Shown one piece after another: positions 38,854-48,182 of a stretch of 64,000 nucleotides of DNA; within the stretch, counting starts at the first letter, position 1; every line of letters begins with the position of its first letter. The position numbers and the translations under genes were made by a program. The stretch spans positions 817,708 to 881,707 of the forward strand of contig CAWHBU010000004.1 in assembly GCA_963827685.1 (NCBI GenBank), read 5' to 3'. Source of the stretch: an uncultured delta proteobacterium (GTDB lineage Bacteria > Desulfobacterota > BSN033 > UBA1163). The notes beneath the pieces are model-generated. The model saw only the letters and a program-made list of their open reading frames with translations, did no database searches and had not been told where the DNA came from.

Positions 38854-39228
38854 TTATAAGCGTCCTTTGATGAGGAACCATGCGAGAGAGAGCCAGCCAA
38901 AAAGAAAGGCCAATCCGCCAACAGGCGTGATGGCTCCCAGCCATTTCATCCCTGTGGCCGCCAAGAGATAAAGACTTCCTGAGAAGAGAACGATTCCGGC
39001 AAGAAATCCCCAACCCGCCATGGAAAAGGATGTATCTCTATTAAGGTGCTGTAACACCCCCACTGCAAACAAAGCCACGGTATGAAACATCTGGTAAAGG
39101 ACCGCTTTTTCGTAGATGGACTTTCCGTACTCATCCAAGATATTTTTCAATGAGTGAGCCCCAAAGGCTCCAAGAGCGACACACAAGAATCCAGAAATGG
39201 CTGATGAGATAAACCAGAATTTAACCAT
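38854..39228 (-). CDS. DUF423 membrane protein
   Basis: VALGAFGAH, YQMFH, GIVLFSGSLY, GAITPVGG. Confidence 0.9.
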   Translation of the reverse strand: MVKFWFISSAISGFLCVALGAFGAHSLKNILDEYGKSIYEKAVLYQMFHTVALFAVGVLQHLNRDTSFSMAGWGFLAGIVLFSGSLYLLAATGMKWLGAITPVGGLAFLFGWLSLAWFLIKGRL

Positions 39229-39498
39229 CTATTTCGTTTCCTTCAGGGCTGCGATCGTGGCGCCCCATGAACCTGCCTCCGGTAGAGCTAATCTAAATGA
39301 TTCAACAAGAGGACTCTTTTTGAGAAAGGAATGGACGATGTTCATCTGTATCCCTTTCCCTTTTCCGTGGATAATGCGGACCTCCTTGAAACCTTTCTTC
39401 TGACATTCTAAGAGGTACTCCTCTAAAAGAAAAGGAATTTCCTTGGGAGAGAAGGTGTGAAGGTCAATCCAATCCTCGATCGGAATCTGAATAACCAT
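39229..39498 (-). CDS. Stand-alone Smr/MutS2 C-terminal domain protein
   Basis: IDLH, VRIIHGKGKG, GSWGAT. Confidence 0.88.
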   Translation of the reverse strand: MVIQIPIEDWIDLHTFSPKEIPFLLEEYLLECQKKGFKEVRIIHGKGKGIQMNIVHSFLKKSPLVESFRLALPEAGSWGATIAALKETK

Positions 39499-39629
39499 AA
39501 ACTTAAGTTCGGAGTTCGGAGTATTTAGTTCGGAGATTCAAAACATAATAAAAATGACTCCGAATCCATGATCTGGAACTTAAAACAATAATTTGGATTC
39601 AAATGCCCTTTCCTCCGAACTCCGAACTA

Positions 39630-40397
39630 TTAACTCCGAACTTTTTTCTTAATCATTTTAAATACCTGATGAAACATCGGCCTCGTGAGTTTTCCGGTCT
39701 GAGTGTTTTGCTGGCTGGGATGATAGGTGGTAATTAAAGAGATCGTTCGGAGTTCGGAAGGGAACGCCTGCCTGTCCGGTAGGCAGGGTTTGAAACCGTT
39801 CCGTACAGGAGTCGGCAGGTCTTTCGGTTTTGAAATCGAATAGTGCCTGCCATGGCCGAAAGAAAGAGGAGGGACTTCGTATCCCTTTAATCTCAGGGAC
39901 CTCAACGTTTGCGTAAAGGCGATCTGACCCAGCGGGACGATGATTTTTACCTTTCTTAAAAGATCAAGTTCAGTCAAAAAATAGGGCCGGCAGTTTTCTA
40001 TTTCTTCTGGCAGGGGCTTATTTTTAGGCGGAGCACATCGGATCGTTGCAGTAATATAACAATCGTCCAATTTGAAGCCGTCATCCCTTCGAAGAGAATT
40101 GGGTTGATTGGCGAAGCCAAATTGATAGAGTGCGCGGAATAGCCACTCTCCACTCCGATCTCCTGTAAACATCCGGCCTGTCCGATTTCCACCTTGGGCA
40201 GCAGGAGCCAATCCAACAATCAGAACCCGGGCATCCGGATCTCCGAAACTGGGAAGGGGTTTTGACCAAAAATCCCAATCCCGGAATCTCTTGGGTTTAT
40301 TGTTGGAAACCTCTTTCAGGTAAGTAACCAATCTAGGGCACTTATGGCATCGAACCACCGTATCCTGCAATTCTTTTAATGCTATTTCTGTTTTCAT
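39630..40397 (-). CDS. Uracil-DNA glycosylase, family 5 (UdgB-like), with an in-frame repeat-derived insertion
   Basis: CHKCPRL, VGLAPAAQGGNRTGRMFTGDRSG, RCAPP.NKP, YHPSQQNTQTG. Confidence 0.88.
   Translation of the reverse strand: MKTEIALKELQDTVVRCHKCPRLVTYLKEVSNNKPKRFRDWDFWSKPLPSFGDPDARVLIVGLAPAAQGGNRTGRMFTGDRSGEWLFRALYQFGFANQPNSLRRDDGFKLDDCYITATIRCAPPKNKPLPEEIENCRPYFLTELDLLRKVKIIVPLGQIAFTQTLRSLRLKGYEVPPLSFGHGRHYSISKPKDLPTPVRNGFKPCLPDRQAFPSELRTISLITTYHPSQQNTQTGKLTRPMFHQVFKMIKKKVRS
39757..39807. repeat. REP palindrome interrupted by a 21-bp CCTGCC...GGCAGG palindrome, inside the UDG CDS
   Basis: GAAGGGAACG[CCTGCCTGTCCGGTAGGCAGG]GTTTGAAACCGTTCCGTACA. Confidence 0.72.
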
Positions 40398-40641
40398 CCT
40401 TTAAATTGTTTCTTTCAGATCTGAAATCTGCAATCTTCAATCTAAAATCAATTTAACCATATACTCAGTCCATCTTTCAAGGGAAAATTGACTTGCCGGA
40501 AAGCCCTGGCCTGGGGCTAAGAGCTTCATTTTGACAGAAGAGTTTTTTCTTGTTAATAATAAAAGATAAGTGCTTGTTGATTGCCCGCTGCAGGACTATT
40601 TCATCTCCTGGAGCTGGAATTGAAAATAAAGGAGGTGAAGG

Positions 40642-41847
40642 ATGCCGACCTACTCCCATTCCCAACTTTCGACCTACCAAACCTGCCCCCACCGGTACAA
40701 GCTCGCTTATATTGACAAGATCGAGGTCGAGACAGAGGGGATTGAAGCTTTCATGGGCTCAAGGGTTCACGAAGCCCTGGAGAAGCTCTACCGAGATGTG
40801 AAGGTGACCAAACTTAATACCCTTGAAGAGCTCCTCAACTTCTACCATCAGAGTTGGGAAAAGAATTGGAATGACATGATTCAGATTGTACGAAAGGATT
40901 ACAGTGCTGAAGACTATCGTCATCTTGGAGAAAAATGTATCACGGATTATTACAAGCGGTACTATCCCTTTGATCATGGGAAAACCTTGGGCCTCGAAGA
41001 GTATATCTATTTTCCCTTGGAGAAGGAGAAGGATTACTGGATTCGAGGTTTTATTGACCGTGTGACCTTGGTGGATAGTTCTATCCTTGAAATTCACGAT
41101 TATAAAACCTCCAACAGACTCCCAACGAAGGAAGATGTTGAGTCAGACCGGCAATTGGCTTTCTATCAAATGGGAGTTGCAGAAAAGTGGCAGAGTATTC
41201 AGGAGGTCAGACTGATTTGGCACTACCTTACCTTTGATACGGAGATACATTCTTCAAGAACACCTGATCAGCTCCATCAACTTCGCCAGGCGACGTTAGA
41301 GCTCATTCAAAGTATTGAAACCGACAGACGGTTCCTTCCCAAAGAGGGGCCCCTTTGTGACTGGTGCGATTATCAGGGATTCTGTCCCAAAAGGAAGCAT
41401 CTCATTGCTGTGGGAAGCCTTCCGCCCAATGAATATCTTAATGAGGAAGGCGTGGTCCTGGTCAACCAATATGTGGAGATGAAAGAAAGGAAAAGGATTT
41501 TGAGTGAAGAGATTGACGCTGAATTGGCCAAGATCGAAGAAGCTCTCTACGCCTATGCTCAGAGAGAAGAACTCGAAACGATCTTCGGAAGCGATCATGT
41601 TGCCAAGATTAAGATTGAGATGAAAGAGAAGTATCCTCTAAAGGGGGACCCCAATCGAAGAGTATTGGATGAGATTGTAAAGAAAGCTGGGAAGTGGATG
41701 GAGGTCTCTGATCTCAATCCCTGGATGCTGGCCAGAGTGATCGGTCGGAGAGGTTGGCCTCCTTCTTTAGTGAATAAGGTAAAGGAATTTTCAACCGTGG
41801 AGGAGACCCGATCCATCACGGTTTCAAAATTGAAGGAAAGAGAGTAG
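40642..41847 (+). CDS. PD-(D/E)XK nuclease (RecB/AddB/Cas4-like) with C-terminal coiled coil
   Basis: YSHSQL...CP, GSRVHEALE, RGFIDR, HDYKT, QLAFY, CDWCDYQGFC. Confidence 0.85.
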   Translation: MPTYSHSQLSTYQTCPHRYKLAYIDKIEVETEGIEAFMGSRVHEALEKLYRDVKVTKLNTLEELLNFYHQSWEKNWNDMIQIVRKDYSAEDYRHLGEKCITDYYKRYYPFDHGKTLGLEEYIYFPLEKEKDYWIRGFIDRVTLVDSSILEIHDYKTSNRLPTKEDVESDRQLAFYQMGVAEKWQSIQEVRLIWHYLTFDTEIHSSRTPDQLHQLRQATLELIQSIETDRRFLPKEGPLCDWCDYQGFCPKRKHLIAVGSLPPNEYLNEEGVVLVNQYVEMKERKRILSEEIDAELAKIEEALYAYAQREELETIFGSDHVAKIKIEMKEKYPLKGDPNRRVLDEIVKKAGKWMEVSDLNPWMLARVIGRRGWPPSLVNKVKEFSTVEETRSITVSKLKERE

Positions 41848-41991
41848 GAAAACATATTTTGGATTGCGGAATGCGGATTGCGGAATAGAAAATTCCAAAA
41901 CCTTTTTGTCGTTTAGGACATTTTTGTTTTTGGACATTTGTACTTGTTTCGAATTTAAATTCTGGAAGAAAGACAAGCTCGGGGGAAAACG

Positions 41992-43485
41992 ATGGACATT
42001 AGAGTAGAAAAAGGCAAACCAGAAAAGTATCCCTGTGAACTTCTTCTCCTTTTTTCTTTTGAATCTTCTGAGAGGCTGGAAGGTCCCATCAAGAGTGTGG
42101 ATGTGGAGTGGAAAGGGTTTATATCCGCTCTGATGAAACAGGGAGATTTTAAGGGCGAGTTATTCGAGTGTTGCCTCTCTTACACCCAGGGTGCACTTCC
42201 TGCCAGAAGGGTGCTCCTGACCGGCCTGGGCAAAAAAGGCGAATTCGATTTAGAAAAATGGCGAGGGGCTGCTTCAAAAGCCGGCCAGACCATCCGGAAT
42301 GCAGGGATCAAACAATTCGCATTTCCGATAAAACAATTTGATGACCATTCAGAGGCGGAGCTGACGGAATCCTTTGTAACCGGTTTTCTCCTTGGGGTTT
42401 ACCAGTTCAATGAGTTTAAGACACTTGAGCGGGAAAAGATCAAGGAGATTGAAGAAGTAATTCTCCTTGGAGAGAAAAAGGAAGAAATCAAGTTGATCGG
42501 TGATGGTCTGAAGACAGGAGAAATTATTTCAGAAGCGGTCACCATGGCAAGGGATCTGGTCAATGGACCCAGCAATCAGGTGACTCCCACTGTTTTGGCT
42601 GAAAAGGCTCAGCAGATTGCGAAAGATCATGGTATGGGAATTCAAGTATTGGAAGTGGGTCAAGCAGAGGCCATGGGCATGGGAGCCTTTGTCGCCGTCG
42701 CCAAGGGAAGCCAGGAGCCTGGGAAGTTTATCGTCCTGGAATATAATAAAGGAAAAGGATTGAATACAATCGCGTTAGTAGGAAAGGGGATTACTTTCGA
42801 TAGTGGCGGGATCTCGATCAAACCCTCAGAGAATATGGAGCGGATGAAAGACGATATGTCAGGGGCTGCAGCAGTCTTGGCCACCATGCAAGCAGCCTCC
42901 AAGCTCCAACTTCCCTTTCATCTGGTTGGACTCATGCCAGCGACAGAAAATCTCCCAAGCGGAAAGGCTTATAAACCCGGTGATATTTTGAAAACCCTGT
43001 CCGGGCAGACGGTAGAAGTGATCAGTACCGATGCAGAAGGAAGACTTGTTCTTTCAGATGCCCTCACCTATAGTCTACGGTATAAACCCAAGGCGGTCAT
43101 CGATTTGGCTACATTGACAGGAGCCTGCGTGATTGCATTGGGAGACTACGTGATCGGCCTTTTGGGGAATGATGACTCTCTTTTGAAACGGATCGAAGAG
43201 GCTTCTTCCAAGACAGGAGAGAAGGTCTGGAGGTTGCCTCTCTGGGATGAGTACTTTGAATATCTGAAAAGTGATGTGGCTGATTTCAGGAATGTAGGCA
43301 CGCGGGCGGCAGGTACCATCATCGGAGCGATGTTCTTAAGCAAATTCGTAGAAAAAATTCCATGGGTTCATCTCGATATTGCCGGGCCGGCGTCGATTGG
43401 AAAGGAGAGGCCGTATATCCCAAAAGGCGGTACGGGTGCCGGAGTAAGATTGTTGGTTCAGTTGCTTAGGGATTGGAAGGGATAA
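41992..43485 (+). CDS. pepA: Leucyl aminopeptidase (M17)
   Basis: VGKGITFDSGG, MKDDMSG, TDAEGRL, ATLTGA, WVHLDIAG. Confidence 0.93.
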   Translation: MDIRVEKGKPEKYPCELLLLFSFESSERLEGPIKSVDVEWKGFISALMKQGDFKGELFECCLSYTQGALPARRVLLTGLGKKGEFDLEKWRGAASKAGQTIRNAGIKQFAFPIKQFDDHSEAELTESFVTGFLLGVYQFNEFKTLEREKIKEIEEVILLGEKKEEIKLIGDGLKTGEIISEAVTMARDLVNGPSNQVTPTVLAEKAQQIAKDHGMGIQVLEVGQAEAMGMGAFVAVAKGSQEPGKFIVLEYNKGKGLNTIALVGKGITFDSGGISIKPSENMERMKDDMSGAAAVLATMQAASKLQLPFHLVGLMPATENLPSGKAYKPGDILKTLSGQTVEVISTDAEGRLVLSDALTYSLRYKPKAVIDLATLTGACVIALGDYVIGLLGNDDSLLKRIEEASSKTGEKVWRLPLWDEYFEYLKSDVADFRNVGTRAAGTIIGAMFLSKFVEKIPWVHLDIAGPASIGKERPYIPKGGTGAGVRLLVQLLRDWKG

Positions 43486-43496
43486 GAAAGAACTGT

Positions 43497-43560
43497 GTAG
43501 CGCCTTCATTGATTGAGGGCGAATTGCGGGGAGATCGTCGGCAGTAAATGCCGACGCTAC
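43497..43560. repeat. GTAG-type REP doublet, copy 2
   Basis: GTAG-CGCCTTCA-TTGAT-TGAGGGCG...CGTCGGCA-GTAAA-TGCCGACG-CTAC. Confidence 0.75.
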
Positions 43561-43596
43561 ATCGGAATTGTAAATAAAGGAATATTGCGAATACAA

Positions 43597-44640
43597 ATGA
43601 ATGAAGATCGCTATCCATTTTTGAGGGCTTGCCGAAGGCAGCCAACAGAATATACGCCCATCTGGCTCATGCGCCAGGCGGGTCGTTATATGAAGGAGTA
43701 TCGAGCGCTCCGGAAGAAATATTCTTTTTTAGAAATGTGTAAAAATCCTGAACTGGCGGCACAAGTGACGCTTCAGCCCATAGAGAAGTTTAAGCTCGAT
43801 GCAGCCATCATCTTTTCAGATATCTTGATTCCCCTGGAGCCAATGGGAGTGGAGTTTGAGTTCGCCAAAGGGGAAGGTCCTGTCTTCCATCATCCCCTCC
43901 GAGAGAGGAAGGATGTGGAGAAGCTTAGGGTCATTGACCCCGAAGAGAAAATCCCTTATCTCATGAAAGCGATTCAAATTGTCCGAAAAGAATTAGGAGG
44001 AAAGATCCCCTTGATCGGATTCTCCGGTGCTCCCTTCACTCTGACGAGTTACGTCATTGAAGGGGGTCATTCGAAAAATTACATCCTGACCAAGAGTCTG
44101 ATGTACCAAGACCGTCCCACATGGGATGTTTTGATGGAGAAGATTTCGGAGGTGCTCATCCGGTACCTCAAAGCTCAGATTCGCTCAGGTGTCCAAGCTC
44201 TTCAGATTTTTGACTCCTGGGTGGGCTGCTTAAGCCCGGGCGATTATGAAGAATATGTGCTTCCTTATTCCAAAAAAGTCATTGATGGTGTTGGCAAGAG
44301 TGTTCCTCTCATTCATTTCGCCACCTCCAATTCAACACTTTTGGAATTGATGAAACGGGCAGGCGGAGATGTGATCGGAGTGGATTGGCGGGTGAATATT
44401 GGCGAGGCCTGGGCACGTCTTGGGTACGATGTTGCCGTTCAAGGAAACCTCGATCCTGTCGTCCTATTTGGCCCAGTGGGTTTGATTGAGAAGAAGGTGA
44501 AGAAGATTCTTGATAGCGTAGGGGGTCGGCCTGGCCATATCTTCAACCTCGGCCATGGAATCCTTCCAAATACCCCACCCGATCATGTGGCCGCCTTGAT
44601 CGAAGCGGTCCATCAATATAGTTCAAAATCCCCCTCTTAA
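43597..44640 (+). CDS. hemE: Uroporphyrinogen decarboxylase
   Basis: PIWLMRQAGRY, AIIFSDIL, GFSGAPFTL, QIFDSW, NLGHGI; start MNEDR. Confidence 0.95.
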   Translation: MNEDRYPFLRACRRQPTEYTPIWLMRQAGRYMKEYRALRKKYSFLEMCKNPELAAQVTLQPIEKFKLDAAIIFSDILIPLEPMGVEFEFAKGEGPVFHHPLRERKDVEKLRVIDPEEKIPYLMKAIQIVRKELGGKIPLIGFSGAPFTLTSYVIEGGHSKNYILTKSLMYQDRPTWDVLMEKISEVLIRYLKAQIRSGVQALQIFDSWVGCLSPGDYEEYVLPYSKKVIDGVGKSVPLIHFATSNSTLLELMKRAGGDVIGVDWRVNIGEAWARLGYDVAVQGNLDPVVLFGPVGLIEKKVKKILDSVGGRPGHIFNLGHGILPNTPPDHVAALIEAVHQYSSKSPS

Positions 44641-44793
44641 AGAGAGAAGGGGGTAAAGGTTAAGGCTGAGATGCCAGTTTAGGTTTAAGGTTAAGTCACT
44701 TGGTTTCAAATATTTGGCCATAACCCTTTGCCTATAGACTAAACCGGCTTCCTGTTCCACAAACCCTCGGCCATTTTCCATTGGAGCAAATTT

Positions 44794-45705
44794 GTGAAAG
44801 CCCTTCTCCTCTTAGCCTTTGGAGGGCCCCGGTCTCCCGATGAGGTGGAGCCATTTTTAACCCGTCTCTTCAGAGGCAGAAAACCTTCTCCGGAACAATT
44901 GGAAAGGGTTAAGGAGCGTTATCGACTGATTGGAGGTGGTTCGCCTCTCCCTGAGATTACATTCAAGCAAGCCAAGGCTCTGGAAGACAGTCTGAATTCG
45001 AAAGGCTATCAAATCAAATCCTATGTGGGAATGCGTTTTGGACATCCTCTGATCGAAGAGACTCTAAAACAAATTCTCAAAGATGGAATCCATGAAGTGA
45101 TCGCCCTTCCCATGACGCCTTTTCGATCTCGTGCAAGCACAGGAGCTTATGTCGAAGAAGTAAATCAAATAAGAAGAAATATTGGAGAGAAGATAGAAAT
45201 TTCTTTTGTCGAAGGATGGCATGTGCATCCTCTCTTTCTTGGTGCGATCCAGGAGAAGATTGAGGAGGGGTTGATGCAATTCACTCCGGAAGAGAGAAAG
45301 AGGGTTCATGTCATTTTCTCTGCCCACAGTCTCCCAAAATCTCTTGCTAAAAATGACCCCTACGTCAACGATGTGGAGGAGAGCGTAGGAGAGGTTCTTA
45401 AAAGGATCGAACCTCTTCGTTGGCATATTGCCTTTCAGAGCAGAGGGATGGGACCAGAGGAGTGGTTAGGTCCGGATGTGGAATCTATCCTGGACGAGCT
45501 CTCACGGCAGAAGGTCCGAGAAATCCTCATCATCCCCATTGGATTTGTTGCGGATCACATTGAAGTGCTTTACGATATTGATATCATCTATCGAGGGAAA
45601 GCTGAATCCATGGGGATGGTATTGAAACGGACTCCCTCCCTTAATTTTTCTGAACGATTCATAGAGGCACTTGCCACAATCGTCACAGAACATATAAAAA
45701 AATAG
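44794..45705 (+). CDS. hemH: Ferrochelatase (HemH/CpfC)
   Basis: LAFGGP, RY..IGG.SPL, FSAHSLP, FQS....EWLGP, GFVADHIEVLYDID. Confidence 0.92.
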   Translation: MKALLLLAFGGPRSPDEVEPFLTRLFRGRKPSPEQLERVKERYRLIGGGSPLPEITFKQAKALEDSLNSKGYQIKSYVGMRFGHPLIEETLKQILKDGIHEVIALPMTPFRSRASTGAYVEEVNQIRRNIGEKIEISFVEGWHVHPLFLGAIQEKIEEGLMQFTPEERKRVHVIFSAHSLPKSLAKNDPYVNDVEESVGEVLKRIEPLRWHIAFQSRGMGPEEWLGPDVESILDELSRQKVREILIIPIGFVADHIEVLYDIDIIYRGKAESMGMVLKRTPSLNFSERFIEALATIVTEHIKK

Positions 45706-45778
45706 TTGGGAGTTCGGAGTTAGGAGTTCGGAGATTCTTAAAAGATTGCTCCGAACTCCGAACTAAGTACTCCGAACT
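45704..45778. repeat. 7-bp tandem repeats in mirror orientation (AGTTCGG / CCGAACT)
   Basis: agttggg-agttcgg-agttagg-agttcgg...ccgaact-ccgaact-aagtact-ccgaact; same unit at 39506-39640. Confidence 0.7.
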
Positions 45779-45793
45779 GTTTTTGGGAAAAAT

Positions 45794-47296
45794 ATGAAAC
45801 GGATCATCATCATCGGCGGTGGTCTCGCCGGCCTTGGCGCAGCCTACAAAATCACCCGGGCCGCAGCGGAGGGGCACGACGTCGAGTTCATTGTGTTTGA
45901 GAAGGACCCACGTCTCGGGGGCAAGATCCAAACAGAGATCGTACCAGATCCTTCGGGGGAGGGCAGGTTTATCGTAGACGGTGGTCCGGACTGTTTCCTG
46001 ACCGAGAAACCGGCCTGCCACCGTATTGCAAAGCTCACGGGGATCTTCGATGACGAGTTGCCAACCGACGACTCCCGGAGGCGCACATGGATCCTGTCTC
46101 GTGGCAAACTTCATCAGATGCCAGATGGCGTCATGGTGTTTGCACCCACGAAGTTCGTACCCTTTGCCACGACCGGCCTCTTCTCATGGCCCGGCAAGAT
46201 CCGAATGGCCATGGATCTCTTCATTCCAGCGAAGAAGATTACAGCGGGCGAGTTTAATGACGAGACGCTTGAGAGCTTTGTAGTCCGCCGCATGGGTCGC
46301 GAGTGTCTCGAACGCCTTGCCGAACCACTCGTTGGCGGCGTCCACGCGTCCGATCCAAGACAGATGTCGCTCGCTGCGACCTTCCCGCGCCTCCTTGAGA
46401 TGGAGCAAAATTACGGATCTCTGTTGAAAGGTTTTATCGCAGCCCGCCGTAAGGTAGAGGAGATGCGACGCAAGTACCCGGCTAAACCAGGAGAGAAGCC
46501 TCGCACATTCTTCACTTCGTTTATGAACGGAATGCAACAAATCACGGACAGCATGGCCGACACAGCAGGCCGTGAGCACATGCACACGGCCGTGTCTGTC
46601 AGCTCGCTCCAGCGTACCTCCGAAAATGGATGGCGTGCCTCGCTCTCCGACGGTTCCTCTATCGATGGAGATGCGGTCATCGTGGCCACCGAGTCATGGA
46701 CTGCCGAGCCGCTCCTTCGCCCACTTGACGAGGCCATTGCCGATGCACTCGCTACCATACCGACCTCATCCTCGGCGACCATCTCGATCGCCTTCAACGA
46801 GAACGAGGTCGGTTTCGATCTGAATGCGTTCGGGGTCCTGTGTCCTCTCGTAGAGGGCCGCGCACTTATGGCGGCTACCTACTCCTCCACTAAGTGGCCG
46901 GGCCGTGCACCGAAGGGCAAGGTGCTCCTACGCGGCTTCGTCGGAGGTCCGCACAACCAGGAGATTTTGAAGCGGTCGGACGAGGAGCTCGTTCAGACAG
47001 TACTTGCCGAGTTCCATGACATCCTGGGTCTTAACCCGTTTGCAAAACCGCTGTTCAAACGAGTTTTTCGATGGTACCTCGGCATGCCGCAGTACACACT
47101 GGGGCACCTTGACCGTATCACACTCATCGAGAATCGTAGTACCCGGATTCCAGGTCTCGCCCTCGCTGGCGGCAGCTACAGAGGTGTAGGCGTTCCAAAT
47201 TGTATCGAGAGTGGTGAACGGGCTGTCTCGAAGATACTCGGTGAGTGGGGAATCGACCTCGCGGAAGATCACGTCGAGGAGAAACGGTACTACTAA
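45794..47296 (+). CDS. hemY: Protoporphyrinogen/coproporphyrinogen oxidase (HemY/CgoX type)
   Basis: IIGGGLAGL, RLGGKI, DGGPDCF, STKWPGRAP, MPQYTLGH, GVGVPNCI. Confidence 0.92.
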   Translation: MKRIIIIGGGLAGLGAAYKITRAAAEGHDVEFIVFEKDPRLGGKIQTEIVPDPSGEGRFIVDGGPDCFLTEKPACHRIAKLTGIFDDELPTDDSRRRTWILSRGKLHQMPDGVMVFAPTKFVPFATTGLFSWPGKIRMAMDLFIPAKKITAGEFNDETLESFVVRRMGRECLERLAEPLVGGVHASDPRQMSLAATFPRLLEMEQNYGSLLKGFIAARRKVEEMRRKYPAKPGEKPRTFFTSFMNGMQQITDSMADTAGREHMHTAVSVSSLQRTSENGWRASLSDGSSIDGDAVIVATESWTAEPLLRPLDEAIADALATIPTSSSATISIAFNENEVGFDLNAFGVLCPLVEGRALMAATYSSTKWPGRAPKGKVLLRGFVGGPHNQEILKRSDEELVQTVLAEFHDILGLNPFAKPLFKRVFRWYLGMPQYTLGHLDRITLIENRSTRIPGLALAGGSYRGVGVPNCIESGERAVSKILGEWGIDLAEDHVEEKRYY

Positions 47297-47383
47297 TGTG
47301 GTGAATCAGAAAAATGGTTGAAAAACGAATTTATCGAAGAAATAGGAATAGCCTCAATGTCTCTATTTTCTGTCTTCTCCATT

Positions 47384-48106
47384 TCAATTACCTTTGATAT
47401 TTTCTAAGTCCAAATCGTCGAGGACAATGATCCCTTTGGCCTTCATCTCTTCGATTGCCTTTTGGGAGGTATCCGGAGCAACGCCTCTGCTCAAATTCTT
47501 GATCATGATGACTTTATAACCAGCTGCTGCCGCATCGAGCGCAGTCATTTTCACACAAAAATCGGTCGCGATCCCGTAGATCACTACTTTGTTGATCTTT
47601 TCCTTTTTCAGCAGTTTGTCCATTTCTGTCTTTTTCCCGCCATCGTCCTGGAAACCGGAATAACTGTCATACTGGGGATCCATCCCCTTTCTTACGACGG
47701 CTTTAAACAATTTTTTGTCCAATAAGATTTCTGCTCCCGGAGTATTTTGGACGCAGTGAGGCGGCCAGAGGACCTGGTCTTTTCCATGAAGCTTAATGAC
47801 ATCAAAAGCCTTTTTCCCTTGATGATTGGTAAAGAAGGAGGCGTGATTCGCAGGGTGCCAATCCTGGGTGGCAAAGATGGGGTATCCTGCTTCTTTCAAT
47901 TTCTTTGTATTTTCTTCAACTGCTTTAACGTAGGCTTCGTCCGTTCCGTCTACGGCTAAGGAGCCATTTTTGAGCTTTGTAAAGTCGCCCTGGACATCCA
48001 CCACAATAACGCCAATTTTTGGTGCATCCTTCGCCATAGCTATCCCTCCCGAAATCGATGCGAAAAATAATACCCATAATAGTATTTCCCTCGCTGAATG
48101 TCCCAT
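47384..48106 (-). CDS. pncA: Nicotinamidase/pyrazinamidase, with possible signal peptide
   Basis: VVDVQGDF, TQDWHP..H, WPPHCVQ, KG, DSYSGF, GIATDFCV; second possible start at 48037. Confidence 0.88.
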   Translation of the reverse strand: MGHSAREILLWVLFFASISGGIAMAKDAPKIGVIVVDVQGDFTKLKNGSLAVDGTDEAYVKAVEENTKKLKEAGYPIFATQDWHPANHASFFTNHQGKKAFDVIKLHGKDQVLWPPHCVQNTPGAEILLDKKLFKAVVRKGMDPQYDSYSGFQDDGGKKTEMDKLLKKEKINKVVIYGIATDFCVKMTALDAAAAGYKVIMIKNLSRGVAPDTSQKAIEEMKAKGIIVLDDLDLENIKGN

Positions 48107-48182
48107 GTCTCCCCCTTTTAATATTGTGAAATTTTACAGATCAAAGATCAAAACTGAAACCTCCGCATTCGGCATTCCGCAA

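Noticed and set aside
38783-39013. Long N-terminal extension of Tpx
   Set aside because: Overlaps the DUF423 gene in another frame; ATG 38782 has a GGAGG RBS.
40531-40620. TTGACA promoter and small hairpin upstream of the PD-(D/E)XK gene as a riboswitch or ncRNA
   Set aside because: The -10 match is weak and the single short stem matches no RNA family I can recognise.
43513-43596. N-terminal extension of HemE
   Set aside because: Starts within the GTAG REP doublet; HemE similarity begins at MNEDRYPFL.
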